A DNA stretch of 64,000 bases from Octopus vulgaris (taxonomy: Eukaryota). Location of the stretch: positions 96,410,001-96,474,000 of the forward strand of contig OX597821.1 in assembly GCA_951406725.2 (NCBI GenBank). The letters are read 5' to 3'. Within the stretch, counting starts at the first letter, position 1, and each line of letters starts with the position of its first letter. Made by a program: the position numbers and the translations under genes. Shown here piece by piece: positions 41,716 through 55,735 of this stretch. The notes beneath the pieces were generated by a model that saw nothing but the letters and a program-made list of their open reading frames with translations, did no database searches and was not told the origin of the DNA.

Positions 41716-44620
41716 CGATCTATCTACGAGTTATTTCTCTTTTCGCTAAGTCAGTAGTTAAAGAGCAGTGGGCATGAACTTTTTTTTCGGGGAGGCACTT
41801 ATTAAGACTTGGCCATTCCGAACCCCTGTTACAGAATGAACTTCACCAAAGGCACCCAAGATTATTACACCAAGAGGCAGATTACGTCTACACGTGCGAG
41901 CACGCGCGCGCATACACCCATATACAGAAGGAACAAGCACAGAGGACGGCGACAGTATATAAGGCACGGGAAAAGTTGAAAATAAAATAGACGGAAACAG
42001 AAGTCACCCTTCATCAGCCATTGATCTAGAAGTCATGGTAATTTCGGCACTTCAAGACAACGTCACTATAGCTAATAGTGTTAGTTACTTGTAAGTAACT
42101 TGGGAGTAAATAGAAAGAACAAATAAAGCAAAGATTCGTGTGTGTATAAGAAGAGGCAGGACAGAAAAATAGATATGATACATATTCGAGCATAATATAC
42201 AAAGACAGAGGAATGGAACAAAAAAATGTTACAATAAAAATTAAGGTCTTTTGACCGACAAAAGAAACAAAAACACAATGAAATTGAAGTTTTCCGACTA
42301 AAATATAAACAATATAAAGAATGATTATTACACACAATTAATTCCGAGAGAAAAGAAGATATTTGATATTAGAATATTAATCCATGAAGAGAGGAGTGAT
42401 AGAGCGGAAGGAAAGCGCACTAACGTATACGAAGATTAGATCGGCAAAAGACAAGAGGGAAGTAGAGATAGGTAGAAAATTCATTCTGGGATTTTAGACA
42501 GGAAGGAGAGGAGAGAGGAGGGAGTAAGAAAGGGAGAAAAAAGGGGAGGAAAATACAGAGGATGGAGAGGGAAACAGAAAACATGAACCAGAAGTAAAAG
42601 ATAGAAAAAGAGAGAGAGGAAGGGAGATGAAACAGAGCGGATCGCCCTAACTATAGGAAAACTACAGCATTTGGGGTAAAAACGAGAGTGCGTGATTCAA
42701 CAAACGGGAAGATAAACAAGAGCAGAAGCCAATGGAAATGTATAAGGTAAGAGAATCAAGATCAAAACAAACTGGACATTACGTGTGCCTGTTTGTGTCC
42801 CTGAGAGTTCAAAAGGGGCATTTCAACACCACTCGGTTAAGTTGGCGGACTTTAGGCTTCACATTCACGATTGTGCCACGCCCATATAGTTGGGTCTGAT
42901 AAATTTTGGTTCACTCTACACTGATGAGCACAGTTGGGATTGAAACGTTGACGATGCATATACAAGATTTGATAGCAGACAAGAAATGATAATGACTTGA
43001 TTCAATAGAAAGTAAAATCGGCCGCGAAGCGAGAACTGGCAGTATTGAAAGCTTTATTTTTCAAAGCCGTCTACGACAAACTTATCACAAGTGGGAGCGT
43101 GAATAGAATTTACTACCTGCTAAAATCGCAATGAGTGATGCAGTATATTAGCTAGCCGTGCAAGTTAAGGATATTAGAGGCTACTACTTATTACGAAATC
43201 AACATTCTTAGACAATGGAAATACATTACAAACAGATACGTAATGAACAATACAAGAATCCAGATTTGTTGATACATGATACCGAGACTACATCACAGTC
43301 TAGAGAATATTTGAATTCAGAAATACTAAACTTATGCCGAGTTAACGGTAAGATGCTGGGAAAATTAGTTATGCAGCTACTGTACAACAAACGTTAACTA
43401 AAACTATTTCGAGCATATATCAAACAATTTATACTAAACAGTTTGAAACGGACTCTGTCGAGATGTTAGTACGTTTAGAAGATTGAGAAATATAATGGAA
43501 AGGACACTGGCCACGCATTTCGGTTTTACTTTTCCTTTATTTTTTTAAATAACAATATACTTTATACTTTCTTAATAGCGACATTTAAATGAAGCATCAT
43601 TTTATATGTCCAAATACTCTCTGTAGCTTCTACACTCTAGAATGTTTATTGATCTTGAAATAATAAATCAAAAAGAAAAAAAAAAACCCATTGAATGAAT
43701 ACACAGAATTAATGTTTTGTTGTGCTCATGCTCAGACCTATGTCTTGGAACGGAACTTTTCAGAAACAGATGCTTAAACGCCGTCTATAGGAAACGACAA
43801 AAGCAATTGATATACGTCACACATACATACATACATACATACATGTGTGTGTGTGTGTGTGTGTATGTGTGTGTGTGTGTGTATATATATATATACTAAT
43901 GAATCAACTGAGGTGGAATCTATGAAACCATTACTTAAAGCTTTCTGCGAAACAGTACAATAGACATTGGATTTTTCTAAATAAATACATAAAAATATGC
44001 TTTATCCATCTAGTTCGTATTACTGTGCGCTGTATCGCAATATCAAGACAATATTACTAAGACATTATTATAGTATTATTGTCGTTGTTTTTGTTACTTA
44101 TCGTTGTTGCTAGTAATGTTTATCATGATGGTTGTGACGAATGTTGTAATTAATAACAATGTGTGTTAAATGTGTTTCTGCGGGAGTTTAATAACTCCGT
44201 GCAATATAATGAAGAAGGAATATTGCCTGACTTCCCAAGTTGTAGCTGTGTTTCTTGTTTGATACTATTTCTGACGATAGTGTTGTTTATGACGTTTCAG
44301 TTAGTGTTGTTGATAATGTTGGTAAGATATTGTTTTTATTTTTCCTTAAATCAACACTAATAAAAGATATTCAAATTTTGAGTTGCTCATCTTTTAATTT
44401 CGGTCATGGCATATACTATCCCGATTGTATATGTACCTTCTACTTTTAGATAAAGGAGGGGTTATTTAAGAGTAAAATGGTTGTTACTTCTAGTGTTTTC
44501 CAGGAATCTTGCAGAGGCAATTTGTTTATGACACTGATTCTGTTACTGATGTTGCCTTCTTCTTGATACTGTTATTGCAACAATCGTTACTGATAGCGCT
44601 GATGTACACACGCACACAGA

Positions 44621-44692
<72 letters not shown>

Positions 44693-45015
44693 ATCAGCAA
44701 CAATTTAGATTCAAATGAATATGGTACTTAATTTAGATGCACCAGAATTTTGTATGGTGTTACCCATAAAAATTTGCGGGGTGATTATAATCAAAAATAA
44801 GCAACAAGAATGATTCCGGTAATTTAGTACAATTGTTTCATACTACAACATTCTATTAAAAGCTGTAAATATTACAGCAGATTTAAGATGCTGAGGTACT
44901 CTTCAGCTAATTTATATAGGTTTCCAATAATATATATATATATATATGAGAGTTTCGTTTTGGGATTTGGTTTGCAAGATTATTTATGTGAATTCGTGTG
45001 TTGAAGCATATTCTT

Positions 45016-45246
45016 TTGTGTCTGGGGAGAGTCATTCTCTTTTAATGCCTTATAATTTAACATACTCACCGGTAAAATTTCCACTCATATACTTACCTAT
45101 TTTTCTAAAATTTTCAATAGTTGTTAACTCATCAAGACGCAACGAAAATTTCAGAAAAGTAGATAAGTATAAGAGTGGAAATGTTATCAGTGAGTGTGTT
45201 AAATTATAAGGCACTAAAAGAGAATGACTACTCTCCCCAGACACAA
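45016..45246. repeat. Foldback hairpin (arms of about 100 bp, 28-nt loop) in a (TA)n-flanked island
   Basis: ttgtgtctggggagagtcattctc...ttttc (45016-45115) pairs with gaaaa...ctctccccagacacaa (45144-45246). Confidence 0.88.
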
Positions 45247-45608
45247 CACTATATATGAGGCGTTTCGTTAGAATATTAAATAGTCCAGAATTCTTGACTG
45301 CTACAATGTTTTATCAACAGGAACATTAAAAAGCAGACATTTTTTTTTTACCTCAGCGGGATTTGAAATCAGAACTTTAGATTAAATACCTCGCACATTT
45401 TATCTAACACTTTATTTTGCAAATCCGCTAAGTTTTTGGCTTCTGCTGCTGTCGTTTATGTTGCTTTTATGTGGATATTACACACATCTGTATATTCCTT
45501 ACGCCATAGATGGTTCGTTATACATCAATGTATTTGCTGATATACAGTCTCATGTTTCTCCACCACACCTTACATACATACATGCATACATACATACATA
45601 CATACGTA

Positions 45609-45719
<111 letters not shown>

Positions 45720-46254
45720 ACACATACACGTATATATATATATATATAATCCAGACACCAATCAATATATTTACTGTATGGCTCTATCAATATATATATC
45801 CCCTTTTGAGTTTGACTTCCGTTAGAAGTTAATATTATTATTTTTTACACACACACACACACACACAAAAACACACACATACACACACACACACATTCAC
45901 ACACATAAGTTTTCTTCTTTTCTTTTGTTCTAGCTTTGAAACTATAATTTTCGCTTTTACTTCGTCTCCTGCCCCCTTCTTTTCCTTATCTCTTTTTATC
46001 CCCTGACCCCATTTCCCCAACTCTCTCTATATCTCCTTTTCTGCTTATTTATATATATATATATATATATCCTTATTCTCTCGATTTTCTCCCACACCTT
46101 TCCACACAACGACGTCTTAAGACCGAATGTTAAAGTGTTGTTGTTTTTTATCTTTTATGTTGCAAACCAGTTTCTGTATGTATTCTTATTTTCCCTCCCT
46201 CTCTCCCGAACTTTTACCATAAATACGTATACACATATCTTATATACATCCCAC

Positions 46255-46335
<81 letters not shown>

Positions 46336-46871
46336 TGTGTGTGCATGTGTGTATATGCGTGTATGTGTATATGAGATAGAGCATGGGGGTAAGTGTGTAT
46401 GTGTGTGTGTGTATTATGCTGGTATTTATCAACGATAAATATGTGCGTTCGCAGTTCAGCATAAATTCCCTGCAATTCTTCCACTTAAGATACCAACATA
46501 CTCTCTTGTGTTACAGCATGCAAGCGAAAAACAAACGTATACTTGCATGCACGTATACAAATACATAGATTCACATATACATGTCTTTACAAGCAACTAC
46601 AGTCATATATTCATATGCGTGTGTGAGTATGTGTGTGTATATGTATGTATGTTGGTATGGTTTTGTGCAATATACATACATACATACATAAATATATGTG
46701 TGTGTTGGGGGAATATCTCTGTCAACAAAAGGAAATGGTATGACATACATAAAGTAGAATGTGTATATTTTATATGAAAAGCTAAATATTTTTGTGTCAT
46801 AAATGCAAGTTTCACATTACCGATGCTTCAAGCGCTGGAGTATCGGCGTGAGGATATTTATGCGAAACTAT

Positions 46872-47350
46872 AAGGCGGCGAACTGGAAGAAACGTTAGCA
46901 CGCCGGACGAAATGCGTCGCCGTATTTCGTCTGCCGTTACGTTCTGAGTTCAAATTCTGCCGAGGTTGACTTTGCCTTTCATCCTTTCGGGGTTGATAAA
47001 TTAAATGCCTATTTCTTTATTACCCACAAGGGGCTAAACATAGAGGGGACAAACAAGGACAGACATAGGTATTAAGTCGATTACATCGACCCCAGTGCGT
47101 AACTGGTACTTAATTTATCGACCCTGAAAGGATGAAAGGAAAAGTCGACCTCGGCGGAATTTGAACTCAGAACGTAACGGCAGGCGAAATACCGCTAAGC
47201 ATTTTGCCCGGCGTGCTAACGTTTCTGCCAGCTCGCCGCCTTGATAAATTAAATACCAGTTACGCACTGGGGTTGATGTAATCGACTTAACCCGTTTGTC
47301 TGTCCTTGTTGGTCCCTTCTATGTTTAGCCCCTTGTGGGTAATAAAGAAA
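46872..47350. mobile_element. SINE family B (+) interrupted by an inverted family B copy (-, about 47007-47242)
   Basis: Duplicated ttgataaattaaat at 46993-47006 and 47241-47254 flanks the inner copy. Confidence 0.92.
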
Positions 47351-47445
47351 CAGATATTTATACGAAACTATTTAGAAACATATTTAGATATGATCAGTTG
47401 ACTAAATAAAATAATTTTCTCAGTAATAGTGTATTTCTTGGATCA

Positions 47446-47645
47446 CGAGGGGTGCTGAAAAGTTCCTGGTAAAAGAAAGTTCAGGAGAATTTTAATTTTG
47501 ATTTTATTCAACATATTCCTCTCTCAGATTCACACGCAGCGGTCCTTCAGTTTTTTCTGAGCCCTGTAAAACAACTCAGAAGGTTGGATCGTTAGCCAGG
47601 CTTTTCACGATACCCTTAAAGCCCGGAACTTTTCAGCAGCCCCGC
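47446..47645. mobile_element. Mariner-type MITE
   Basis: TIRs cgaggggtgctgaaaagttcctgg / cccggaacttttcagcagccccg. Confidence 0.8.
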
Positions 47646-48265
47646 CTATACTATTGTCTTTTACATAGTACGGTGTTGTATGTTGTATTAAGCTGATATT
47701 TTCTCATAGAAGTTCCCTCATTCTTCCTCCTTTCATTGACTCAAGCATCAGTTGCCGTAGTATATTATATGATTTTGTTAGAGAAGTTTATTACAAGAGA
47801 TTACTATAGGAGTACATTAACGGAATTTCTTACTCTCAGCTAGGAATTTCATATAGGTGATTATTACAGTAGATCTTTTCAACCAACACTTGACTGGAGG
47901 TTATTACAGAAGTCGATGAATTCACCCACAACTCTACTGCTGATTATGTATTATGTATATTGTACTTTGCGTTCCAATTGTACTCCAGGTTTCAACGATA
48001 AAAATATTGATATTGTATCAAATGAACAGTAGTTTAGATGAATGTTCAGTAATTTTAGATTACTGCACATACTCTTCGAATGTTTTACTTCGAAATTATG
48101 TTTCTCAGGAAAGAATTAATGATTTTAATATTTTTTTCTCAGCTATTAGAGACACTGAAATGGAACGAATTATTTATCTTGTATTATCATTACTTTTAAC
48201 ATATACGCCACTGACAACATGCATACATAGATGCATAACACTGCTACACACACACACACACATAT

Positions 48266-48302
<37 letters not shown>

Positions 48303-48334
48303 AAGATACATATATATCTACATGTATGTTTTGG

Positions 48335-48510
48335 CTCTTACCCTTTACTTGCTACAGTCATTTGACTGCGGGCGTGCTGGGCCCCACCTTATAGAATTTT
48401 TTAGTCTAATAAATCGACTCCATTACTTAATTTTTAAAACCTGTTACTTATTCGACCGATCTCTTTTGCCGAACCGCTACGTGAACGCACAGAGTGGGAG
48501 ACAAACACAC
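48335..48510 (-). mobile_element. SINE family A, 3' fragment
   Basis: cagtcatttgactgcgg...ctcttttgccgaaccgcta. Confidence 0.8.
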
Positions 48511-48756
48511 GAGCATGCAACACACACATACACACACACAAGCATACATACATACATAAACACATACATACATACACACGTACATACATGCGTACATACA
48601 TACATACATACATACATACATACATACATACATACATACATACATACATTGAAATTCCCATAGAGGAGCCTTGGACCTAGGTTAAAAACTCACTCTTTCT
48701 CTATTGGGAAAAAATCTTGAAATAAAGCTGAATAATGACATACATGCATATATATG

Positions 48757-48798
<42 letters not shown>

Positions 48799-49104
48799 CT
48801 TTTCATTCCATTCTTATATTCTTTGGTATCAATCATTCTTGTTTTTACGTTGTTTTTACTTTGTGAAGTTTTCAATGTCCCTTGATATACGAACGATATT
48901 TAGATGCTATCTCGTGTGAGAAAACCAGCGTTCTTCACAACATTCAAACGTATTTTCATCATACGATCCTTGTATACCAAACATCTTTGTCACTTTTTTT
49001 AATTATTACCGGAAGGTCGGTAATTAAACCTTGGAATATTGAAGTTTCTTCTCTCAACAAATTTTATCATGTTCTTTTCAGCATTGCGTGCTTTCTGTTC
49101 CTGT

Positions 49105-49146
<42 letters not shown>

Positions 49147-49299
49147 AAGACATACACACACACTCACACAAAGTAGACCCATACATAAAAATATACACTG
49201 TGTTAAGGAGTATATACTTTTATATATGTTGTGACTGAATATTTGTCTGTCTGAGTGCATGCGCGTACATGTGTGTGGATGTGCGCGCGTGTGTATTTC

Positions 49300-49330
<31 letters not shown>

Positions 49331-49710
49331 TTGTGTTTGTGTGTGTGTGTGTTTGTACATTCGTGTGTGCATATTTACAGATTACGTGAGTATGCTGTAT
49401 CTGATTTACATTTAAATATCGTTTTATTGATAAAAGCCTAATTTGATTTCAAGCGCTTTTCGACTAATCAGGCAAAACATTCATATTGCTTATATTAGAT
49501 TCAATTTGGGATGGTGCCATGCTGTCTATGTTTTATATAATTTGATATATCCAAGGTGTTCAGCAATCCTGTGTCCTTTGGCTGTGTAATTCATCAGAGA
49601 AAACTAAAAGACATGAACTAAAATAGCCGAAAATACAATCCATAATTATCTTCATAACGAGTCTAAAAATACTTATATAACAGCTTATGGTTGTGTGTCT
49701 GTGATGTTGT

Positions 49711-50078
49711 GGAGGCGCAATGGCCCAGTGGTTAGGGCAGCGGACTCGCGGTCGTAGGATCGCGGTTTCGATTCCCAGACCGGGCGTTGTGAGTGTTTAT
49801 TGAGCGAAAACACCTAAAGCTCCACGAGGCTCCGGCAGGGGATGGTTGTGAGCCCTGCTGTACTCTTTCACCACAACTTTCTCTCACTCTTACTTCCTGT
49901 TTCTGTTGTACCTGTATTTCAAAGGGCCGGCCTTGTCACTCTCTGTGTCACGCTGAATATCCCCGAGAACTACTTTAAGGGTACACGTGTCTGTGGAATG
50001 CCCAGCCACTTACACGTTAATTTCACGAACAGGCTGTTCCGTTGATCGGATCAACCAAAACCCTCGTCGTCGTAACCG
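49711..50078 (+). mobile_element. tRNA-derived SINE (variant C3)
   Basis: ggaggcgcaatggcccagtggttagg...ggtttcgattccc; the 3' 170 bp are shared with 40034-40361; tgtgatgt is present on both flanks. Confidence 0.9.
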
Positions 50079-50895
50079 TATGTGATGTGTAAATGTGTGT
50101 ATGTGTAAATGTATGTCTATGCCTGTTCTTGCACGCATATATCTGTTCATTTATAGAAACAAACCAAGTATAATTATTAAAATTAGGTAGGTTGACTCTA
50201 CCTCTAAAATAAAAAGTTCAGCATTATGGTATACACTGTCACACTGAGCCTGTGGATTATAATAACGTGACAAATATCTATGGGAAGCGTCACTAAGTAT
50301 AGCCCTGTAAATATATATATATATATGACAACATGTGTGTGTATATAACAATATGTATGTATGTATATGTAGGTATCTCCAAAACATATCTAAATATACA
50401 AAACCTCACTTTGCGTGAAATAAGAATATAGGAACATAGTTACATTTTTTTAAATATGATATTGATGTACAGAAATAGACCAAGGTTGTCTCCCGATAGA
50501 CCAATTAGGGTTCGTTGACCACTTCTGAGAGAAAACAGACCCGGTTTCTAATCAATTGTTATATAAACCAGGCATAAAGTAAACTAGCACCGTGTGCAGA
50601 GCCTAATTTATGACTGCGTTATATAGCTCTTTCTCTATGCTAACGATTCGAGTAGGAAACCAAGTAGGTTAAATACTGCAAGCACGCCAAGTTTGTCAAG
50701 GAATCATCTCAAACTGCGAAATGGCTCATCAGAGACACCCACCGACATTTTTTCGCGCATCAGTAGCATAGAAACCGTCTGTATATACATTATTATTTTA
50801 ACCACAGTAAGGCTTTGTAATATTTAATTTTATTCAAGTCCTTCTGATTTAATCTCTGTTGTACAACAATAGAAAATGCATATATGCATGTAAAG

Positions 50896-50953
<58 letters not shown>

Positions 50954-50983
50954 TACTTAAAGCAGCAGAAAATTCAACAAAAC

Positions 50984-51021
50984 CTGTTTCTCTGAGTTTC
51001 TCGTTGCCGCTCGTCGGACAG
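50984..51021 (-). ncRNA. Decayed hammerhead-like motif in a 90-bp island within (TA)n
   Basis: Minus strand: ctgt-CCGACGA-gcggcaacga-GAAAC-tcaga-GAA-acag; stem I intact, two core substitutions. Confidence 0.5.
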
Positions 51022-51039
51022 TGTTTGCTAGATAAGGAC

Positions 51040-51077
<38 letters not shown>

Positions 51078-52671
51078 TAAACATAAATTTGTGTATAAAA
51101 ATTATATATATATACATATACACACACACTTATATATAAAGTTTACATGTGTCTATCTGTCTCTCTCTCTTTCTTTCTCTTTCTCTCTTTCTCTCTCTCT
51201 CAGTTTGCGCTTTTTCAAATTAAGTTTGAATATCAGCCAAATACTTGAACAGTTGTCTGCTCAGATATATAAAGTAAATGAGTTATCATCGTCAACTATT
51301 GTTTTCTTCAAAGAAAAACCTTACGCACAGACGCACATAAACATATGTGTGTGAGCGTGTGTGTAATGTTGTTTTTACAGAAAATCTTCAGGTAACGTCG
51401 AATTGCTTGACACAAAACACGTTTTCCGTTGGTGTTTCATGTTACGTAGTAGTCAGTTTACATAAACGTTATTAAAAAATACGTTTTGCGATACAGAATC
51501 CCTCTTTACGACCAGATTCCAAGGAAAGCAGCACTCGCGTAACGCAGGTTAATTTCCCTCTCACTCATTCTGTATACCAACACCCAAGCACACATATAAA
51601 CACACAAACACTCTTTACGTACTCGTATTTACTATACGTATATTGTTATCCCAAACACAATTAAAGATGTCAGAATACAGGTTGCGTTCAGTTTGGTTCG
51701 TAACCATTACAGGAGGGAAAAAATAGACTTATGCATGTACACACATCCGCATACAGCCGTACATATACATCATCGCTAATCGATTTATTGATATTAACCA
51801 AGGCTAATAGCTGTAACCGTCATAAACACACTCACCATCATCACTATTGCAAGGAAGCTGAAGGAGATGTGTTTTCTAAAGTTGATTTTTTTCCCCTTCT
51901 TTTCTTTCTTTCATTTTTATAATATATATTTTTTTTTTGTATATGAAATGCCAAACATAATCTCTTCCAAATAAATGCGGATATTTTATATCTATATCTA
52001 CATTATTATTAATATTATTATTGTTTGTTTTTGTTGTTGTTATTATTATTATTATTATTATTATTGCTGCTGTTGTTGTTGTTGTTTTTGTTGTTGTTAT
52101 TGACTGTCATTATTATTATCGTTGTTTTGGAATGAATGGACGTGTTTCCAGACCCTTCCCCCGAGAAAATGGAATTTTTATCAAGTATAACGTGGATGAA
52201 CTATTTCTCGTTTTTCTTTTTTTTTTTTTTTATTAATTTTCAGAAGGAGTTTTCAGAAAGTGTGGTCGTCTTTCCCAATTATTGTAGTAAACAAAGAACT
52301 TGTCTTTTATGCAATAATTTATTTTTTACTGAGAAATTTTCTTGCTTTCATACTTTATTCAATAGGAATTCCCATAATGAAGAATTAGTGAGAGGTAATA
52401 ACAAGAAAAGAATTAATATTGGATACGCCCCCAGAGTAAAAAAAATAAAATTCAAATACACGGAAATGAATGTATAAAAGAGAAAATGAATAAAATTGCA
52501 ACAAAATTAAGCAAAAAAATATTAACGAAACAAATTGCTACATTTAGAAACTCAGACAGCAACAATTTGACACCTGAAAACGTGACACAAAAACAAGTGG
52601 TATAAAGAATAACAGACTTCTACATTTTCATAAAATATACTAAAGATGTTGCCTTTGCTATTATTACAAGG

Positions 52672-53010
52672 CGCATTCGGCCGAGGTCGGCTTTGCCTTT
52701 CATCCTTTCGATGTCGATATGATAAGTACAAGTTGAGTACTGATGTAATCGACTTTGCCCCTCCCAAAATTTCAGATCCTGTGCCTGAAATAGTAGGAAG
52801 GTTTATTACAAAGCGCAAGTAAAGGCGGCGAGCTGGTAGAATCTTTAGTACGCCGAATAAAATCCTTAGCGACTATCATCCATCTTTACGTTCTCAGTTT
52901 GAATCCTGCCGTGATCAACTTTGCCTTTCATCCTTTTGAGGGTCAATGAAGCAAGTAGCAATTACACACTTGGATTGATATACTTGACTATACTTCTCCC
53001 ACCAGAAAAT
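52672..53010 (+). mobile_element. Two degraded SINE family B copies
   Basis: gccgaggtcggctttgcctttcatcctttcg; aaggcggcgagctggtagaa. Confidence 0.82.
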
Positions 53011-54312
53011 TTCTTTAATATAAATGGTTATTACAAAGCGTAAGGTTGATTTCAGATATGTATAAAATGCAGTAAAAATACGAATCAGAAGTGTGACATG
53101 ACGGTCATGTCATAAATTACTGTGGCTCCTTGTTTGAGAAATTCATCAAAGAACGTACAAAGACAAACATTTCATACTTTTGTTTTACGAATGACAGAGA
53201 GAGTATGCAATGAAAGACCCTAGACGATATGTTGCAACATACTGTACTTCATTAATAGGATAGGGTATATAGTAGTGTATGCCTGGTCTTCAGAACTCCT
53301 TTACCACAATCACATGTACCATCCAATCGTTTTCTGGCGATAGGGTGGTGATGGAGAATGAAGGATAGTGGTAAACAGTTCGGGACAGTACAGTCCAGAT
53401 AAGTTTTCAAAAGGTATCTAAGCAGAAGGCCATGAAGTCATTTGAAGAGGAGTCCATCCCTTCCTTGAACTTCAGAAAATTTGTAGTTAGTCAGCGAATG
53501 ATTGAGGAACTATTTGAAAGAACTGACAGAAAGGGAAGGAAAAGATAAAGTGCAGATTGAAGGGCTATGTACAGGATTTAAGGGGATTCGGAATACTAGG
53601 GTCATGATCAGAGAGATTAGCAATGATGTTCACTCTCGTGGTCAAGTTCTTACATTTGTAGCAAAGTAAAGCCAGGAGATGTCACGAAACAATATGTGGT
53701 CAAAAAAGATCTGCGTAAAGATGCAGGTTCTGATGACCTCCAAAGACTTCAGAGCTTTTGGAGACTGTAACTTATTGTGGGGGCATTATGGTGCAAGATA
53801 ACGTATGTGAAGAAGTATTTAAACGGCATATTGGTCGATTTCTGCCCGGAGAAGCTGGAACAGCAAAAAGCAATAGCAGGCTGGAAGAACTGCTATTTTC
53901 AAGATATCACAGGTTGCAGTTCCGAGGAAAGCCTGAAACTTTGCATCGACCTCAGTGCTTGAAACAAGTACCTGGAATCCTACCTCCTTCGCATGTACTC
54001 CTACTCTTTTTTATTGCAACCACGATGAAGAAATGGACAGCAAACCATCGTAAACTGACATAGGAATAAGTACAAGCTCAGACAAAAGACAAGCAAGAGA
54101 CATTAAATGGAGCCCTACTATCGCGTCGATAGCAAGAGATTTTAGAATCGAAATGAAAAGCCAATAAATATCCTGAATGATATCAAAGAAAAAACGGAAA
54201 ACAACGTGTTGATTGAAGAACATTGCAATAATAGACTACTGGTGAAAATCAAGCTACTACTCTATCAAATAGAATATATATGTGAACTTCCCAGAAGATT
54301 TGGCAGGATTCC

Positions 54313-54355
<43 letters not shown>

Positions 54356-55226
54356 TATTGTGGTTATGCAAGAAATCATTACAATTATATCTTTGGTTTT
54401 GCTAAATACTATTCATGTATGGTTTTTTGTTCCTTATCCAATTTTTTCTTGTTATTTTTTATTAATTATGATACTTAGCGTATATTAAATAGCAATGTCC
54501 TCCTCCTCATTATCATGATCATTATCAACACTACCACCACCACAGCACCATCATCATTATCCTCCTCCTCTTTATGGTCATTATCATCATCATCATCATC
54601 CGTTATACTAGCGTAAACCACAAGGCATTACCATACGGTTAAGAGGTTCGCTTGGCTACAACGAGGGAATGAGATTGAGAAACCGATACCTCTGGAATCC
54701 AGTCAGGTTGACTGCATTTGTTCTTGGACTTAATTCTTGACTGTTTAACACTACCGGCTGAACTCCTTGAGTTTTTGTATCCGAGTCTGAATATCACTTC
54801 ATCTCTTCTTCCCACTATGATCGGAAACTCTGACAAAGAACCCGTCTTTTCTCCCTCCCTCCATTCTTGGAAGACCTGAAAATGATGTTCCAAGCCACAT
54901 GAATTATAATAAATGCCATGCACCATGCCCTGGCTCGTCTGTTAAGCCTTGATTTTTTTAAATACAATATTTTATTGTTCGGGTTTCATTAGAGAAATAT
55001 TACAAAAGCTGACATGACTACCAGCCTCAGCATCTTGTCTGTCAAACCAGAGAGGACATGAATGCGTTTGTTTATCCCTACCCCGGAAAGAGCAGTCAAA
55101 TAAGCTTATAGAAGTTGAAGTGGCCACGTAGCAGTTTTCTTCTTGTCTCAGTACCAATAATCTTCTTCAGTAGTTACTCTCTATTTTGTGACACCACAAT
55201 GGCTATTTGATACAATGAGGATATAT

Positions 55227-55735
55227 AAGGCGCAAGCGTTGCTGAGTGGTAAGTTTGCTTCCAAATCACATGATCCTGGGTTCGGTTCCAGTGCGTGGTA
55301 GCTTAGATAAGTGTTTTGTACAATAGCTCCAAGAGTGAGTGGATTTGGTCGACGAAAACTGAAAGCTCGCCGTATATATGTGTGTGTATGTATTTATGTG
55401 TGGGTGTACATGTGCTTGTCCCCCACCACCGCTTGGCAACCAGAGTTGGTGTTTTTGCGGCAAAAGAGACCGATAGAATAAGTACTAGGCTGTTAGGTCG
55501 CACGTTCGGATGACCGCTACTCAACTCCTACTGCTCTCTGCTACTCTGCTCTTCTCTGACGTCTAGACTTCTCCCTCTATATCTACGTATTGGGCTAGCC
55601 TACTTCTTCGTCTGGGGGCGTCCACACAACACAGGCTTAACAAATACAAGTCCTAGGGTTGATTCGTTCGACTAAAATTCTTCAAGTTGGTGCTGCAGCA
55701 CATCCTCAGCCTAATGATTGAAACATGCAATAAAT
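55227..55735 (+). mobile_element. SINE family A, split by a 141-bp insertion
   Basis: The consensus ...gatagaataagtactaggc|ttacaaa...gtcc is interrupted at 55491-55631. Confidence 0.85.
55491..55631. mobile_element. Probable solo LTR (TGTT...AACA, 5-bp TSD)
   Basis: taggc-[tgttaggtcg...ccacacaaca]-caggc; the TSD has one mismatch. Confidence 0.68.

Noticed and set aside
42915-42960. ctgatgag...gaaac motif
   Set aside because: No paired stem I or II and no correctly placed GUH.
43018-43050. ggccgcgaagcg, resembling a Helitron 3' hairpin
   Set aside because: The hairpin is incomplete, with no CTRR end and no matching 5' TC terminus.
49711-49785. tRNA gene
   Set aside because: A and B boxes are present but there is no acceptor stem; it continues into a SINE body.
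53600-54960. Possible LINE 3' coding remnants (VFKRHIGRFL; minus-strand ORF 54639-54926)
   Set aside because: Resemblance to CR1 C-termini is too weak to call without a profile search.
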